Shown here: positions 9,464 to 19,449 of the stretch, piece after piece | Numbering within the stretch: the stretch's first letter is position 1 | How the letters are laid out: every line of letters begins with the position of its first letter | DNA from: Candidatus Heimdallarchaeum endolithica | GTDB taxonomy: Archaea > Asgardarchaeota > Heimdallarchaeia > Heimdallarchaeales > Heimdallarchaeaceae | Length of the DNA: 64,000 nucleotides | NCBI GenBank assembly: GCA_021513715.1 | Contig: CP084167.1 | Location: forward strand, 1,888,001 to 1,952,000 | Direction: 5' to 3' | Notes under the pieces: model-generated | What the model saw: only the letters and a program-made list of their open reading frames with translations | Told to the model about the DNA's origin: nothing | The model's database searches: none | Program-made: the position numbers and the translations under genes

Positions 9464-10906
9464 TTATTTCTTGATACCCAAGAAACCAGCTAATGCAGGA
9501 ACTGTTTCTGCTACTTGCTCACTGGCAAAAATCTCATAATATTGCTTCAAGATACCGACAGTAAGCAAGATACCCGTACCCGTCCCTAATGCGCCTAGAA
9601 AGTCAGCAAAGGCTGCTAATACACCTATAAAGAATCCGCCTAACCAAGCTGCAGTAGGAATATAGCGATCCAAGTATTTTTCGACAATACGAGGGTTACG
9701 ACGAAAACCAGGGATTTGCATATCAGCATCAAGTAATTGCTTGGCAACATTACGAGAACTCATACCTGCAGTATCAATCCAAATCCTAGAAAAGATACCA
9801 CAGAGGATAACCATCAAAATAAAGTACGTAACAGCTTGCCAAGGTTGTTCAACTATTTGCTCCGGACCATATGGGGCAGTAGTAAAGGAAGCTAAACCAT
9901 TGATTGGCCGGCTTTGCTGTGTATCACCTATAGTATCCCATTCACCAAAAAAGGTGACCAAGAATCCACGAATGCCAGGATCGTTGGAATCCCATTTATT
10001 ATCAAGAAGGTTACTGATAAAGTAAATATTGGCAAATAGGGCACTAACTAAAATAACTGGAATGTTAGAGGTATAGAGAAATTTAATAGGATAACGAGCA
10101 GGCATCTTATATTGACTGTGTTGAACAGGAATCTCGATGCGAATACCATCAACATACATAACCATAGCAAAAACAACAATGGTAGCTACCAATCCAATAA
10201 TGTCAGGAGTACGACCAGTACGAGTGATAGATTGCATAACAGTATTTTCATCACGAATAATGCTCTGGAAAAAGGCGATAACAGCGCCACGAGCTAAACC
10301 ATACTGATCAGGGGTGAGATTGAACATACCATCAACAATGTTAAAACTAACACTAGTGGCAATAAAGAGAGAAATACCACTACCTAAACCATAACCCTTC
10401 TGGATGACTTCATCCATCATCATGATAACAAAACCAGCAGCAACAAGCTGAACTAAAAAAAGAGTCTTTTGAGCGAAAACTAAATCCTCACCATAAGCAC
10501 CACCAAGAATATAAGCAAGAGCCTCAAAAAGAAGCATAAGAATAGACATAATCTTTTGAGCACCAGTGTACAAAGCACGCTCTTCAGGGTTACTAAAATC
10601 AACCTTGATAATTTGGGAACCAACGAGGAGTTGAAAAATTAAGCCAGCAGTAACGATAGGTCCAATACCTAGTTCTGCTAATGTTCCTCTTTGCGATGCT
10701 AATATCGCTCTCATTGCATAGAATGGGTCTGTTCCTTGTGTTTCTTTAAATCCCACTAGTGGTATGTTTAGCATTGCCAGATATAGTATCAATATTCCGA
10801 ATGTCCAAAATAATTTTGCTTTAAACGACAGTTTTTTATCTGGTCTTTTTATCTCGAATGTAAAACGTTGAAATGGTTTGAACATAGTTAGGAATTTACT
10901 TGCCAC
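9464..10906 (-). CDS. secY: Preprotein translocase SecY/Sec61alpha
   Basis: RGTLAELGIGPIVTA, KGYGLGSGISLFIA, YPIKFLYTSNIP, IPGFR, GTGILL; GTG start with GAGGAG SD. Confidence 0.97.
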   Translation of the reverse strand: MASKFLTMFKPFQRFTFEIKRPDKKLSFKAKLFWTFGILILYLAMLNIPLVGFKETQGTDPFYAMRAILASQRGTLAELGIGPIVTAGLIFQLLVGSQIIKVDFSNPEERALYTGAQKIMSILMLLFEALAYILGGAYGEDLVFAQKTLFLVQLVAAGFVIMMMDEVIQKGYGLGSGISLFIATSVSFNIVDGMFNLTPDQYGLARGAVIAFFQSIIRDENTVMQSITRTGRTPDIIGLVATIVVFAMVMYVDGIRIEIPVQHSQYKMPARYPIKFLYTSNIPVILVSALFANIYFISNLLDNKWDSNDPGIRGFLVTFFGEWDTIGDTQQSRPINGLASFTTAPYGPEQIVEQPWQAVTYFILMVILCGIFSRIWIDTAGMSSRNVAKQLLDADMQIPGFRRNPRIVEKYLDRYIPTAAWLGGFFIGVLAAFADFLGALGTGTGILLTVGILKQYYEIFASEQVAETVPALAGFLGIKK

Positions 10907-11742
10907 TTTTTACTCCTCTTTTTTTCTATTTCTTTCTCTGTCTTTTCTGAATTCTCGTACCTTTAAAAGCCTTTTCTCTTTGTTCTTATTTTTTACTTTT
11001 TTTTTATTTTTTCTTCATTTCTATTTTTATCGTCTCCCATATTCTCATGTACATTTTGATTGTTAGATTTATTATTTTTTCATTTTTCTTCATTTTCATG
11101 TCTTGTATGATACTTATTTTTTTAGATTTTATAGCTCCTGGGTTGTTTACATAGTCACTTGCATCAAGGTAATCATCTTTCATTCCAAAGATGTTATCCA
11201 GAACAATATAGTAATTTTTTACAAATTCTAGTGCTTTTTCATATCCCATTAGGCTGTATTGGTTCATCGGGTATATTACTTTTTCTTCTTCTGTAAACGC
11301 CTTTTTCCATTCTCTGACATTTTTCCTTGCATTATCTTGAGGTAATCGATAGAATCTTGCTGCTGGTTTTTCTTCTATTGCTTGTGCTGTACATTGTATT
11401 TTGAACACAATTATATTTTCTGTTCCTAAATCGTTTATAGTTAGTTTTAATTTTTCATTTTCAGTTTCTGCTGCTTTTACGTATGCTAGATTTATTATTG
11501 CATTCAACATTTCTATTGTTATTCCTTTTTCTTCGTTTGTCTTTCCGAATATACTATCTGGTGAGAACGAATATCTTTTAAGGTTATATAATTTTGAAAA
11601 ATCTACTTTTATCAATCCTTTTTCTTCTATTATTTCTTTTTCCATTTTTTTTATTATATTCAGTATATTTTTTTCTATTTCTTCGTATTCGAAGTTAAAT
11701 CCTGGTATATCTTTTATTTTATTTTTCAGATCTTTAGTTGTT
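10670..11742. repeat. Direct repeat copy 1: secY 5' 237 bp + promoter region + 3' end of large unknown gene
   Basis: Aligns with 13376-~14450; secY part differs at 15 of 237 nt by manual count. Confidence 0.92.
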
Positions 11743-11745
11743 GAA
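11004..11745 (-). pseudogene. 5'-truncated paralog of the C-terminal ~240 aa of the large island gene
   Basis: Shares KDL..DIPGF, IVFKIQC..Q.IEEKPAAR.YRL, MNQYSLMGY, LDNIFG.K.DYLDAS and LTIKMYMRIW with 13726-17082; homology runs upstream of the internal Met at 11645 with no start codon. Confidence 0.8.
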
Positions 11746-12033
11746 ATATTAAAAAAATTAAAAGAAATTGAATAACTTTCTCAAAGTTGATTTATAATCA
11801 CAATATATGACTTTTAAAAAAAGAATATAAAAAAATCCAATAATAACAGGGGCTCCAAACAGTGAAAAAAAAGTGTAGAATATGTAAATACTTAGATGAA
11901 ATCTATAACAAAAATAAAAATATTTCAAAAAAGGTAGAAGTTAGTTGGAAAACACTATTTAAGCGATAATGCTAACACCCTATTTCTTTAATCAAAAATT
12001 ATTTAAAAAAAAGCAGTGATAATATAATTGATA

Positions 12034-13281
12034 ATGACAATACAGATAATTGGAAAAACAAAATACGGTACAACAGTTATTAAGAAAATAGATACAGAAA
12101 CAAAGGAAGTCTCTTTGAAAGATGAGGGGTTGCAATATATCGATTTAACACCATTAGAAAAATGTACTAATCTAACTACATTGTCTTTAAATGCCAATCC
12201 GTTACGTGAGGTTGATTTACCGTCATTAGAGAAATGTACAAGTCTAACCACATTGAATTTGAATGCAAATTTGTTACAAGAGATAAATTTAACACCATTA
12301 GAAAAATGTACTAATCTAACCAAAGTGTATTTGGGGGATAATCTGTTACAAGAGGTTGATTTATCGCCCCTAGAAAAATGTGCAAAAATAGAATTTTTGG
12401 ATTTGAGGGAGAATCAATTAAAAAAATTAGATTTAAGGTCATTAAAAAAATGTACTAATCTAACAAAAGTGGATTTGGCTATAAATCAGTTACAAGAGAT
12501 ATATTTACCGTTATTAGAAAAATGTACAAAACTAACTGAATTGGATTTAAGCAGCAATCAGTTAGAAAATATCGACTTAAGTCCATTAGAAAAATGTACA
12601 AAACTAACTGAATTGGATTTAAGCAGCAATCAGTTAGAAAATATCGACTTAAGTCCATTAGAAAAATGTACAAAACTAACTGAATTATATTTAAGCAGCA
12701 ATCAGTTAGAAAATATCGACTTAAGTCCATTAGAAAAATGTACAAAACTAACTAAATTATATTTAAGCAGCAATCAGTTAGAAAATATCGACTTAAGTCC
12801 ATTAGAAAAATGTACAAAACTAACTGAATTATATTTAAGCAGCAATCAGTTAGAAAATATCGACTTAAGTCCATTAGAAAAATGTACAAAACTAACTAAA
12901 TTGAATTTAAGCAACAATCAGTTAGAAAATATCGACTTAAGTCCATTAGAAAAATGTACAAAACTAACTAAATTATATTTAAGCAACAATCAGTTAGAAA
13001 ATATCGACTTATGTCCATTAGAAAAATGTACAAAACTAACTGAATTGGATTTAAGCAACAATCAGTTACTATGTTTTATCGATTTAACACCATTAGAAAA
13101 ATGTACAAAACTAACTAAATTGGATTTAAGCAGCAATATTTTAGAAGATATCGATTTAACACCATTAGAAAAATGTACAAAACTAACAAGATTGTATTTA
13201 GATGGAAATCAGTTACATGAATTGGATTTAACACCATTAAAAGACCTTATTGAAAAAGATTTATTGTTCATTTATCGATAA
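12034..13281 (+). CDS. Leucine-rich repeat protein, 15 x 24-aa LRR, no evident signal peptide
   Basis: Consensus LEKCTKLTELxLSSNQLENIDLSP. Confidence 0.92.
   Translation: MTIQIIGKTKYGTTVIKKIDTETKEVSLKDEGLQYIDLTPLEKCTNLTTLSLNANPLREVDLPSLEKCTSLTTLNLNANLLQEINLTPLEKCTNLTKVYLGDNLLQEVDLSPLEKCAKIEFLDLRENQLKKLDLRSLKKCTNLTKVDLAINQLQEIYLPLLEKCTKLTELDLSSNQLENIDLSPLEKCTKLTELDLSSNQLENIDLSPLEKCTKLTELYLSSNQLENIDLSPLEKCTKLTKLYLSSNQLENIDLSPLEKCTKLTELYLSSNQLENIDLSPLEKCTKLTKLNLSNNQLENIDLSPLEKCTKLTKLYLSNNQLENIDLCPLEKCTKLTELDLSNNQLLCFIDLTPLEKCTKLTKLDLSSNILEDIDLTPLEKCTKLTRLYLDGNQLHELDLTPLKDLIEKDLLFIYR
12154..13236 (+). repeat. 72-nt coding tandem repeat, 15 units; units at 12514-13017 nearly identical
   Basis: ttagaaaaatgtacaaaactaact recurs at 12514, 12586, 12658 and onward. 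Confidence 0.95.
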
Positions 13282-13357
13282 TGAAGGTACGAGATTCAGA
13301 GAGGAAAAAGAAACAGTGTGGAAACGATAACAAGAGAGGATATAAACACTTAAACAA

Positions 13358-13612
13358 TTAATGATTAGTAAAAAATAGTTCTGCTAATGTTCCTCTTTGC
13401 GATGCTAGTATCGCTCTCATTGCATAGAATGGGTCTGTTCCTTGTGTTTCTTTAAATCCCACTAGGGGTATGTTTAGCATTGCTAGATATAGTATCAGTA
13501 TTCCGAATGTCCAAAATAATTTTGCTTTAAACGACAGTTTACGTTCGGGTTTTTTTACCTCGAATGTAAATCGTTGAAATGGTTTGAAAATAGCTAAGAA
13601 TTTACTTGCCAC
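13358..13612 (-). pseudogene. secY: Truncated secY 5' copy (79 SecY codons + 5 unrelated codons)
   Basis: MASKFLAIFKPFQRF...SQRGTLAEL then FFTNH-stop; 73 of 79 aa identical to full secY. Confidence 0.93.
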
Positions 13613-14450
13613 TTTTTACTCCTCTTTTTTTCTTTTTCTTTTCTCTGTTTTTTTCAGAAAAATCGTACATTTAAAAGGCTTTTCTCTTTGTTCTTATTTC
13701 TCTTTTTCCTTATCATGTTTCATTCTTAATGTTTTGACATCTCTACTGTTAGAGCCGCCCATATTCTCATATACATTTTAATAGTTAGCGTTATTACTTT
13801 TTCGTTTTCCTTCACCTTAATATTTTGTTGTATATTTATTTTTTTGGATTGTATGTCCTCTGGGTAGTTAACATAGTGACTTGCATCAAGATAATCCTCT
13901 TTTATTCCAAAAATGTTATCAAGTATGATATAATAATCCTTTACTAGTTTTAGTGCGTTTTTATAACCCATTAGACTATATTGGTTCATAGAATACAATA
14001 TTTTATCATCTTCATCATATAATTCTTTCAATGATCTAACATACTTACTTGTAGTATCGTAGTTTAATCTATATAAGCGTGCTGCTGGTTTTTCTTCGAT
14101 TACTTGTGTCCCACATTGGATTTTAAACACTATTGCATTTTCTCCTCTAATATCTTTCCGATTTAGCATTAATTTTTCATTTCCCCTTTCTGCTGCTTTT
14201 ACGTATGCTAGTGTTATTATAGAGTTTAATATTTCCATTGTCATTCCTATCTTTTCAAAAGTATTACCGAAATTGGTATCCGACAAAAACAGATATTTTA
14301 TACTGTTATACGTTTCTGAAAATTCTACTTTTACCTTCTTTTTTTCTTCAATCTGTTTGATTATTTTTTGTATATTATTTGCTATATATTTATAATCATA
14401 TCTAAAACCAGGGATATCTTGCATTAATTTTTTCAAATCTTTACTAGTTA
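13376..14450. repeat. Direct repeat copy 2 (see 10670-11742)
   Basis: Starts with the same tagttctgctaatgttcctctttgcgatgcta; identity drops in the ORF part. Confidence 0.92.
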
Positions 14451-17400
14451 TTTCTTTTATTAACTCAAAAAGTTCTTTTGCTTCTCCTTCGTTATTATGT
14501 CCGAATAGGTATATTCTTATTGTTGGTGGTTTCTTATCATAAAGGATCGACACGAATTTATATCGATTAAATTTTTGTCCTCTTAGTCCATTAACAAAAA
14601 GATAATAGTATTCTTTTGGGTTAGTGGTTGGCATTATCAATATTTGGTCTTTAAAATGATCTTTTAGTTTTTTATTAAAATCTTTAAGTGTATTTATATA
14701 TCTATTATAGATTCTTGGGCATTCTGGTCTTATGAAACCTTTTATTCCAGGTTTTGTGAAGTTTATAAGATCTGTTTTGCTCATTATTTCATCCATAATT
14801 CTTTTTAATTCTCCCTTTTCTCCTTGATATTTTCCGAACATTGTTTTTATATTTTCATTTAGCACTAAATTGTCCACGTTTTCAAGCAATTTTCCCAGAT
14901 CTTTTAGATATATTATTCTTCCTTTTACATCCGCATTTTTTCTTGTAAGCGCTGAAAGTATATTATCATCATTTGGTAATATAAATTCTGCTATTATATC
15001 TACCTGATATCTATATTCCTTTCTTTTATTCTTTATTGCTATTATTTCCCCTTCCGATATTTTTCCTTGTTCTTGTTCTAGAAACGCTACTAAATACCCC
15101 AGCGGATTCAAAGTTTCGTCTAAGTATTTTGTTACACTTTCAGGTTTACTTGCGTTAACTGGGTATTTAGCCATACAAATCCCATTTAGTGCATATATTA
15201 GTTTATTTATTCTTTCGTGAGGATTAAATAGGGTGCTCATTTCTTTTAATCTGTTCAATTCCTTCAGGTAATCTGATAAGATCTTTGCTAATTCGGTTAT
15301 TATTTCATTTGTCAATTCTGTTGATGCAGAATAATAGAAATTCATTATTTTTTCAAGTATAATATATTCATCATTTGGTAAGTTCTCTTTTTTAACTATA
15401 GATTCTCCTTTTACTAGTATATCCAAATAGTTCTTTATTTCTATAATAGCATCTTCTACAGTCATATGATTTTTATCTATTATAATTTCTCCTTTTTCAT
15501 TACTTTCTATTTCAAAAGCTAGGACATTTCGATTTCTTAAATATTGACTGAATTTTAGAGCGCTGTCTGATATAAAAGCCCACACAATTTCTACTGTGAT
15601 ACTTAGCTCCTCTGCTATCTTTCTTAGCATTTTAAGATTAGAATATTCTGTATTCGTCACATTATTTAATTCATCTTTTAAGCTAACTATTTGTTTTTCC
15701 GTTCCTTCGAATCCAGTATATTTATCGTAATTGAGAGGTGAAAATAGTTTCCAATAAATAGATTTACCTTGTTTGTCTTTAATTATATTTCCATCTTTAT
15801 CTTGCAAGATTAATACAGGAATAAGTTCCCCATTTTTGTTAATCACTCTTATTCTTGACCACGTGTTCAATCCTATTCCGTTTTCAAGTAAAGTTTTTTC
15901 TTCTTTAGGTGAATATAATGTATCTACTAATTCTTTAGTAGTTACAGAAACAACTTTTTTTTGTTTTATTTGTATTTGATATAGTTGATATTTCGTTGGT
16001 ATATGATATAATGCTAGAATTTTTGCATGACTATTCCCTTGTATATAATTTTTATTAAAGTCATCCAATGTTGATATTAAAAACTCATTTGATTTAGCAC
16101 CATAGATGAGAACAAATTTTCCATACTGATTGGATTGTGCAGTATAAAAAGCTTGAGCTTCTTCTCCGAAATCTTGCTTGAAATTTTCATTTAAATTTGC
16201 TTTGTTAATAACGTTTAAAACGTTATGAAATTTTATCTTAAGGTATTCATTATTATTGTCTTCCACATCTGTTCTCTTTATGAGTACATAATCTTCAGCA
16301 GGATTATAGATATTTCCTTCTTCATCCTTAATTTCAAATAAACCAAAGTTTGTAGAATAACCTGTCGCCGCATGAAATATCAATTTAAAAGCAAATAATA
16401 TTTTAGCCATTTCATCTATAGTTAATTTTGTAGATTGTCCAGTAAAAAGCGAACCAACACCTAACAAAAATGTTGATAGAAAACCAGTATTATAAGCAAT
16501 TTGTTTTGGTTCATAATCTTTTGTCGCTAATCCATCATATATTTCAGATAATAATATTTTTCCCTTTGATAAATCGTAATCATAAACAAAGTCATCCATT
16601 AATTTCCTTTCCAAAACATCGAGTTTCTTTGATGTTGATTCGCTATAAACGTAACTCCATGCCGGAAGTCCACTTGTAAATTTTGATTCTGAAAAAACAC
16701 CATTTCCTATTATGAGGTCAATTCCTGTTGTAGAACTGAATTTGATGTTGTTTTGCGATTCCAATTCCATGGTGCTCTTTATAATATAATCCTTAATATT
16801 AACTTCAAACGGGTTATCATCTCCTTCCTTTAAATCAGATTTAATCTTTAAGAAGAAATTAGAACCGTCAAAGCTCTCATACATTATTTTATCTGTTTTG
16901 CGAAACAATAACTTCAAGTAATACATTACCTTTACCGCGCATTCTCTATTTGTTATTTCATTTTCTTGATTCTTTATGATGTCAAACATATATTTCGCGA
17001 ATTCAGAATAGAAGAAAATACGTTGCAATAATGTATAAATTGGGATAGCAGATGAAATAAATGTTTTAGCTATATAAGACAACGGAGCTTCTTCTCTTGA
17101 ATCAAATATAGAAACAAGATATGATTCAGAGTAACCTTTTTCTTTTAACCAGTCGAGGAATCTAATATCTAAGTCTTGTTCAAAAAATTTGTGTATCTTC
17201 TTTTTTTATCCATTTACCCAAATATTTTGGTAATTCCAAGTAAAAAACATAAATCTCAGGCGTCCTATAGTGTTTATATATAATTTCGTTTATTTCTTCA
17301 TCAACAAGTTTCGTTATTTCATTTTCTGATAAAAAAGGGCTTTCATTTCTAATTTTCTTCAATAAATTTTTTCTTGTTTCTTCAATATCTATCAAGTTGC

Positions 17401-17509
17401 TCCTAATAAGAAAAATTTCTTCTCTATTTATTGTGTTCAATGCATTCATTTTTGCAGTAATTTCATAATTTTTGCGTAATAGTAACTCACTCGATTCGAT
17501 TTTTTTCAC
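13726..17509 (-). pseudogene. Large unknown gene (~1260 aa) split by a 1-nt frameshift into the 109-aa and 1118-aa ORFs
   Basis: Removing one base from the A6 run at 17182-17187 reads DTQIF-EQDLDIRFLDWLKEKG...EEAP-LSYIAK in one frame; no domain recognised. Confidence 0.75.
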
Positions 17510-17544
17510 CTTTCAAGTAATTTTATTTTATTGCCGTTTTATCT

Positions 17545-17836
17545 TTTTGTTAGAGAAAAGACTGTGAGATTTTTCTCTTTTTTGTAATTTCATACTGTTT
17601 CATAACTTAAGGAAAAGTATTTCAGCAAAGAATATTCTATTAAACATATAATTCCACTTGTGATAGTCTCTGTGGTTAATATAAAGTTTAAATTATTTTT
17701 TAGAAAGCCAATAATTATTAATTAAACTGTGTTTTTGAAACCATTTTTTAAGCACAAAACTAACAACAATATTCAAATTTTAACTTTTCTATAAGGTTTG
17801 TTCATCTGTTGAATGAACAGTCTTTTTCTAACAAAA
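17545..17836. repeat. ~20-bp inverted repeats flanking a 292-bp non-coding segment (MITE-like)
   Basis: TTTTGTTAGAGAAAAGACTGT (17545-17565) vs reverse complement of 17817-17836 TTTTGTTAGAAAAAGACTGT, one gap. Confidence 0.55.
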
Positions 17837-17864
17837 TAAGTTAAATAAAAAGTAAAAAAAGATT

Positions 17865-18308
17865 TTATTCTGGAAGAACTACTTTTCCTCCAGCTTCTTC
17901 TATTTTCTTTATTGCACGTTCTGAAGCCTTTTTCACTTTTATTTCTGCAGGAGAAGTTATTGCTCCTTGAGCTAGAATCTTAGTGTATCCTAGTGCTCCT
18001 AGATCGATAACAATATTTTTCCCTTTTTTCTCAGCTTGTCCTTTAGCTATTAAATTAGGTATCATAGCGTCTATCTGGGAGATATTGATAACTTTATCTT
18101 TTTTGACCACTACAGGTGGCCGAGTAAAGCCATGTTTTCCTATAGGTTTTCGTCGACCTAGAATTACTAGCATCTTGTGTCTAGTTTTGGGTCCACATTT
18201 TCCTACACCTCCGCGAATACCGCTTTTTTTGTGTCCTTTTTGTTTTCCCCATCCATGATGCTGAGAACCTCTAAGTCTTCTTACCCTTTTCTTAAATCTT
18301 ACTACCAT
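17865..18308 (-). CDS. rpl15: 50S ribosomal protein uL15
   Basis: RRLRGSQHHGWG, GIRGGVG, KIEEAGG. Confidence 0.95.
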   Translation of the reverse strand: MVVRFKKRVRRLRGSQHHGWGKQKGHKKSGIRGGVGKCGPKTRHKMLVILGRRKPIGKHGFTRPPVVVKKDKVINISQIDAMIPNLIAKGQAEKKGKNIVIDLGALGYTKILAQGAITSPAEIKVKKASERAIKKIEEAGGKVVLPE

Positions 18309-18313
18309 TTTTC

Positions 18314-18799
18314 TCACGCCATCCTCACAATTAGTTCATTTATTGCTTCTCCTCTGTAGCCTAGATCTCCTCCTTCATTGTATCCTCTTTTCACACTCTT
18401 GAACCCTTTTCTTGGTGGATGTAATCTGAAGAATTTCTTCAGTCCTGGAACATCACTCAATTTTGCTTTTCCTTCGTATACTGCTTTTGCAAAATCTTTT
18501 ATGCTTTTGTACTCTGAATTTTCTTTTATGTATTCATCAGTAAGTCTTTGTTTTCCTCTTAGTTCTCCTCTTTTTTCTAGTAAATATGTTAGGGTTTCAA
18601 GATTTATTTCTCCATATGTAATGGTATCTTTTGCTCTTTTTAGCATACCCATATATGATGGTGTATTAGGTAGTATAGTCATATAGTTTTTTCTTCTAAT
18701 GTTAAGCATATCTAGTGTTTCTTTTATTTTATAATAAAATCCTACAGTTCCTCTTATTCTTATTACTGCTAGCATTGTCTTTTTTTCCTCTTTGCTCAT
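18314..18799 (-). CDS. rpl30: 50S ribosomal protein uL30
   Basis: AVIRIRG, FRLHPPRKG, GDLGYRGEAINELI. Confidence 0.95.
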   Translation of the reverse strand: MSKEEKKTMLAVIRIRGTVGFYYKIKETLDMLNIRRKNYMTILPNTPSYMGMLKRAKDTITYGEINLETLTYLLEKRGELRGKQRLTDEYIKENSEYKSIKDFAKAVYEGKAKLSDVPGLKKFFRLHPPRKGFKSVKRGYNEGGDLGYRGEAINELIVRMA

Positions 18800-18809
18800 T
18801 TTTTCTCAC

Positions 18810-19448
18810 CTATTGTTTTGTCCAATCGAATGGTGCTACTACAGAGTAAGTGTTTTTTAATGCTTCAAAAGTTGCTTTTGCGAAGTTGTTTGTTGTTCTT
18901 GTTTCTCCGAATGTTTTACTCCACACATCGTCTATTCCTGCTAATCTCAGAACTGTTTTTGCCACATCTCCCACCACCAATCCTAGTCCTCTTGGTGCTG
19001 GAATCAGCACTACTTTTGTTGACCCGCATTTTCCTTCTACTTTATAAGGTACTGTGTGGTTTCCTCCACAAGAACATTCCCAGCTTCCACAAGCTCTTCT
19101 TACTGGTCTAACGTTCAATTTTGCATTTGTTATGGCTTTCTTTATTGCAGGTCCTATTTCTTTAAGTTTTGCCTCTCCTACGCCTACATAACCATTCTTG
19201 TTTCCTACCACTACAGTAGCTCTAAATCTTCTTTTTCTCCCTGCATCTGATTGTCTTTGGACTAGTTTAATATCAATAACTTCATCTTCAAGATCAGGTA
19301 ATAAAATATCTACTATTTCTGCTTCTTGTATTTTTAGGTTTTGTGCAAATATTTCGTCGATGCTTGTTATTTGTCCCTCTTTTACCATTCTTCCCAATCT
19401 AGTCAGTGGTTCCCATTCTTCATAATCTAAAAACTCATTACTACTCAT
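18810..19448 (-). CDS. rps5: 30S ribosomal protein uS5
   Basis: [33 protein letters not shown]. Confidence 0.96.
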   Translation of the reverse strand: MSSNEFLDYEEWEPLTRLGRMVKEGQITSIDEIFAQNLKIQEAEIVDILLPDLEDEVIDIKLVQRQSDAGRKRRFRATVVVGNKNGYVGVGEAKLKEIGPAIKKAITNAKLNVRPVRRACGSWECSCGGNHTVPYKVEGKCGSTKVVLIPAPRGLGLVVGDVAKTVLRLAGIDDVWSKTFGETRTTNNFAKATFEALKNTYSVVAPFDWTKQ

Positions 19449-19449
19449 T

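Larger units (their letters stand above)
10670..17836. mobile_element. Accessory island of tandem secY-anchored units between rpl15 and secY
   Basis: Interrupts the normally adjacent rpl15-secY pair; duplicated secY 5' end; only non-core cargo; no integrase seen. Confidence 0.6.

Noticed and set aside
12514-13017. Diversity-generating retroelement acting on the LRR or secY duplicates
   Set aside because: No reverse transcriptase in the window and differences are not adenine-specific
12154-13236. Regular repeats resembling a CRISPR array
   Set aside because: Contiguous in-frame 72-nt coding units with no unique spacers and no cas genes
10670-17836. Integrase or transposase inside the island
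   Set aside because: No tyrosine/serine recombinase or DDE motif recognised, so mobility remains an inference
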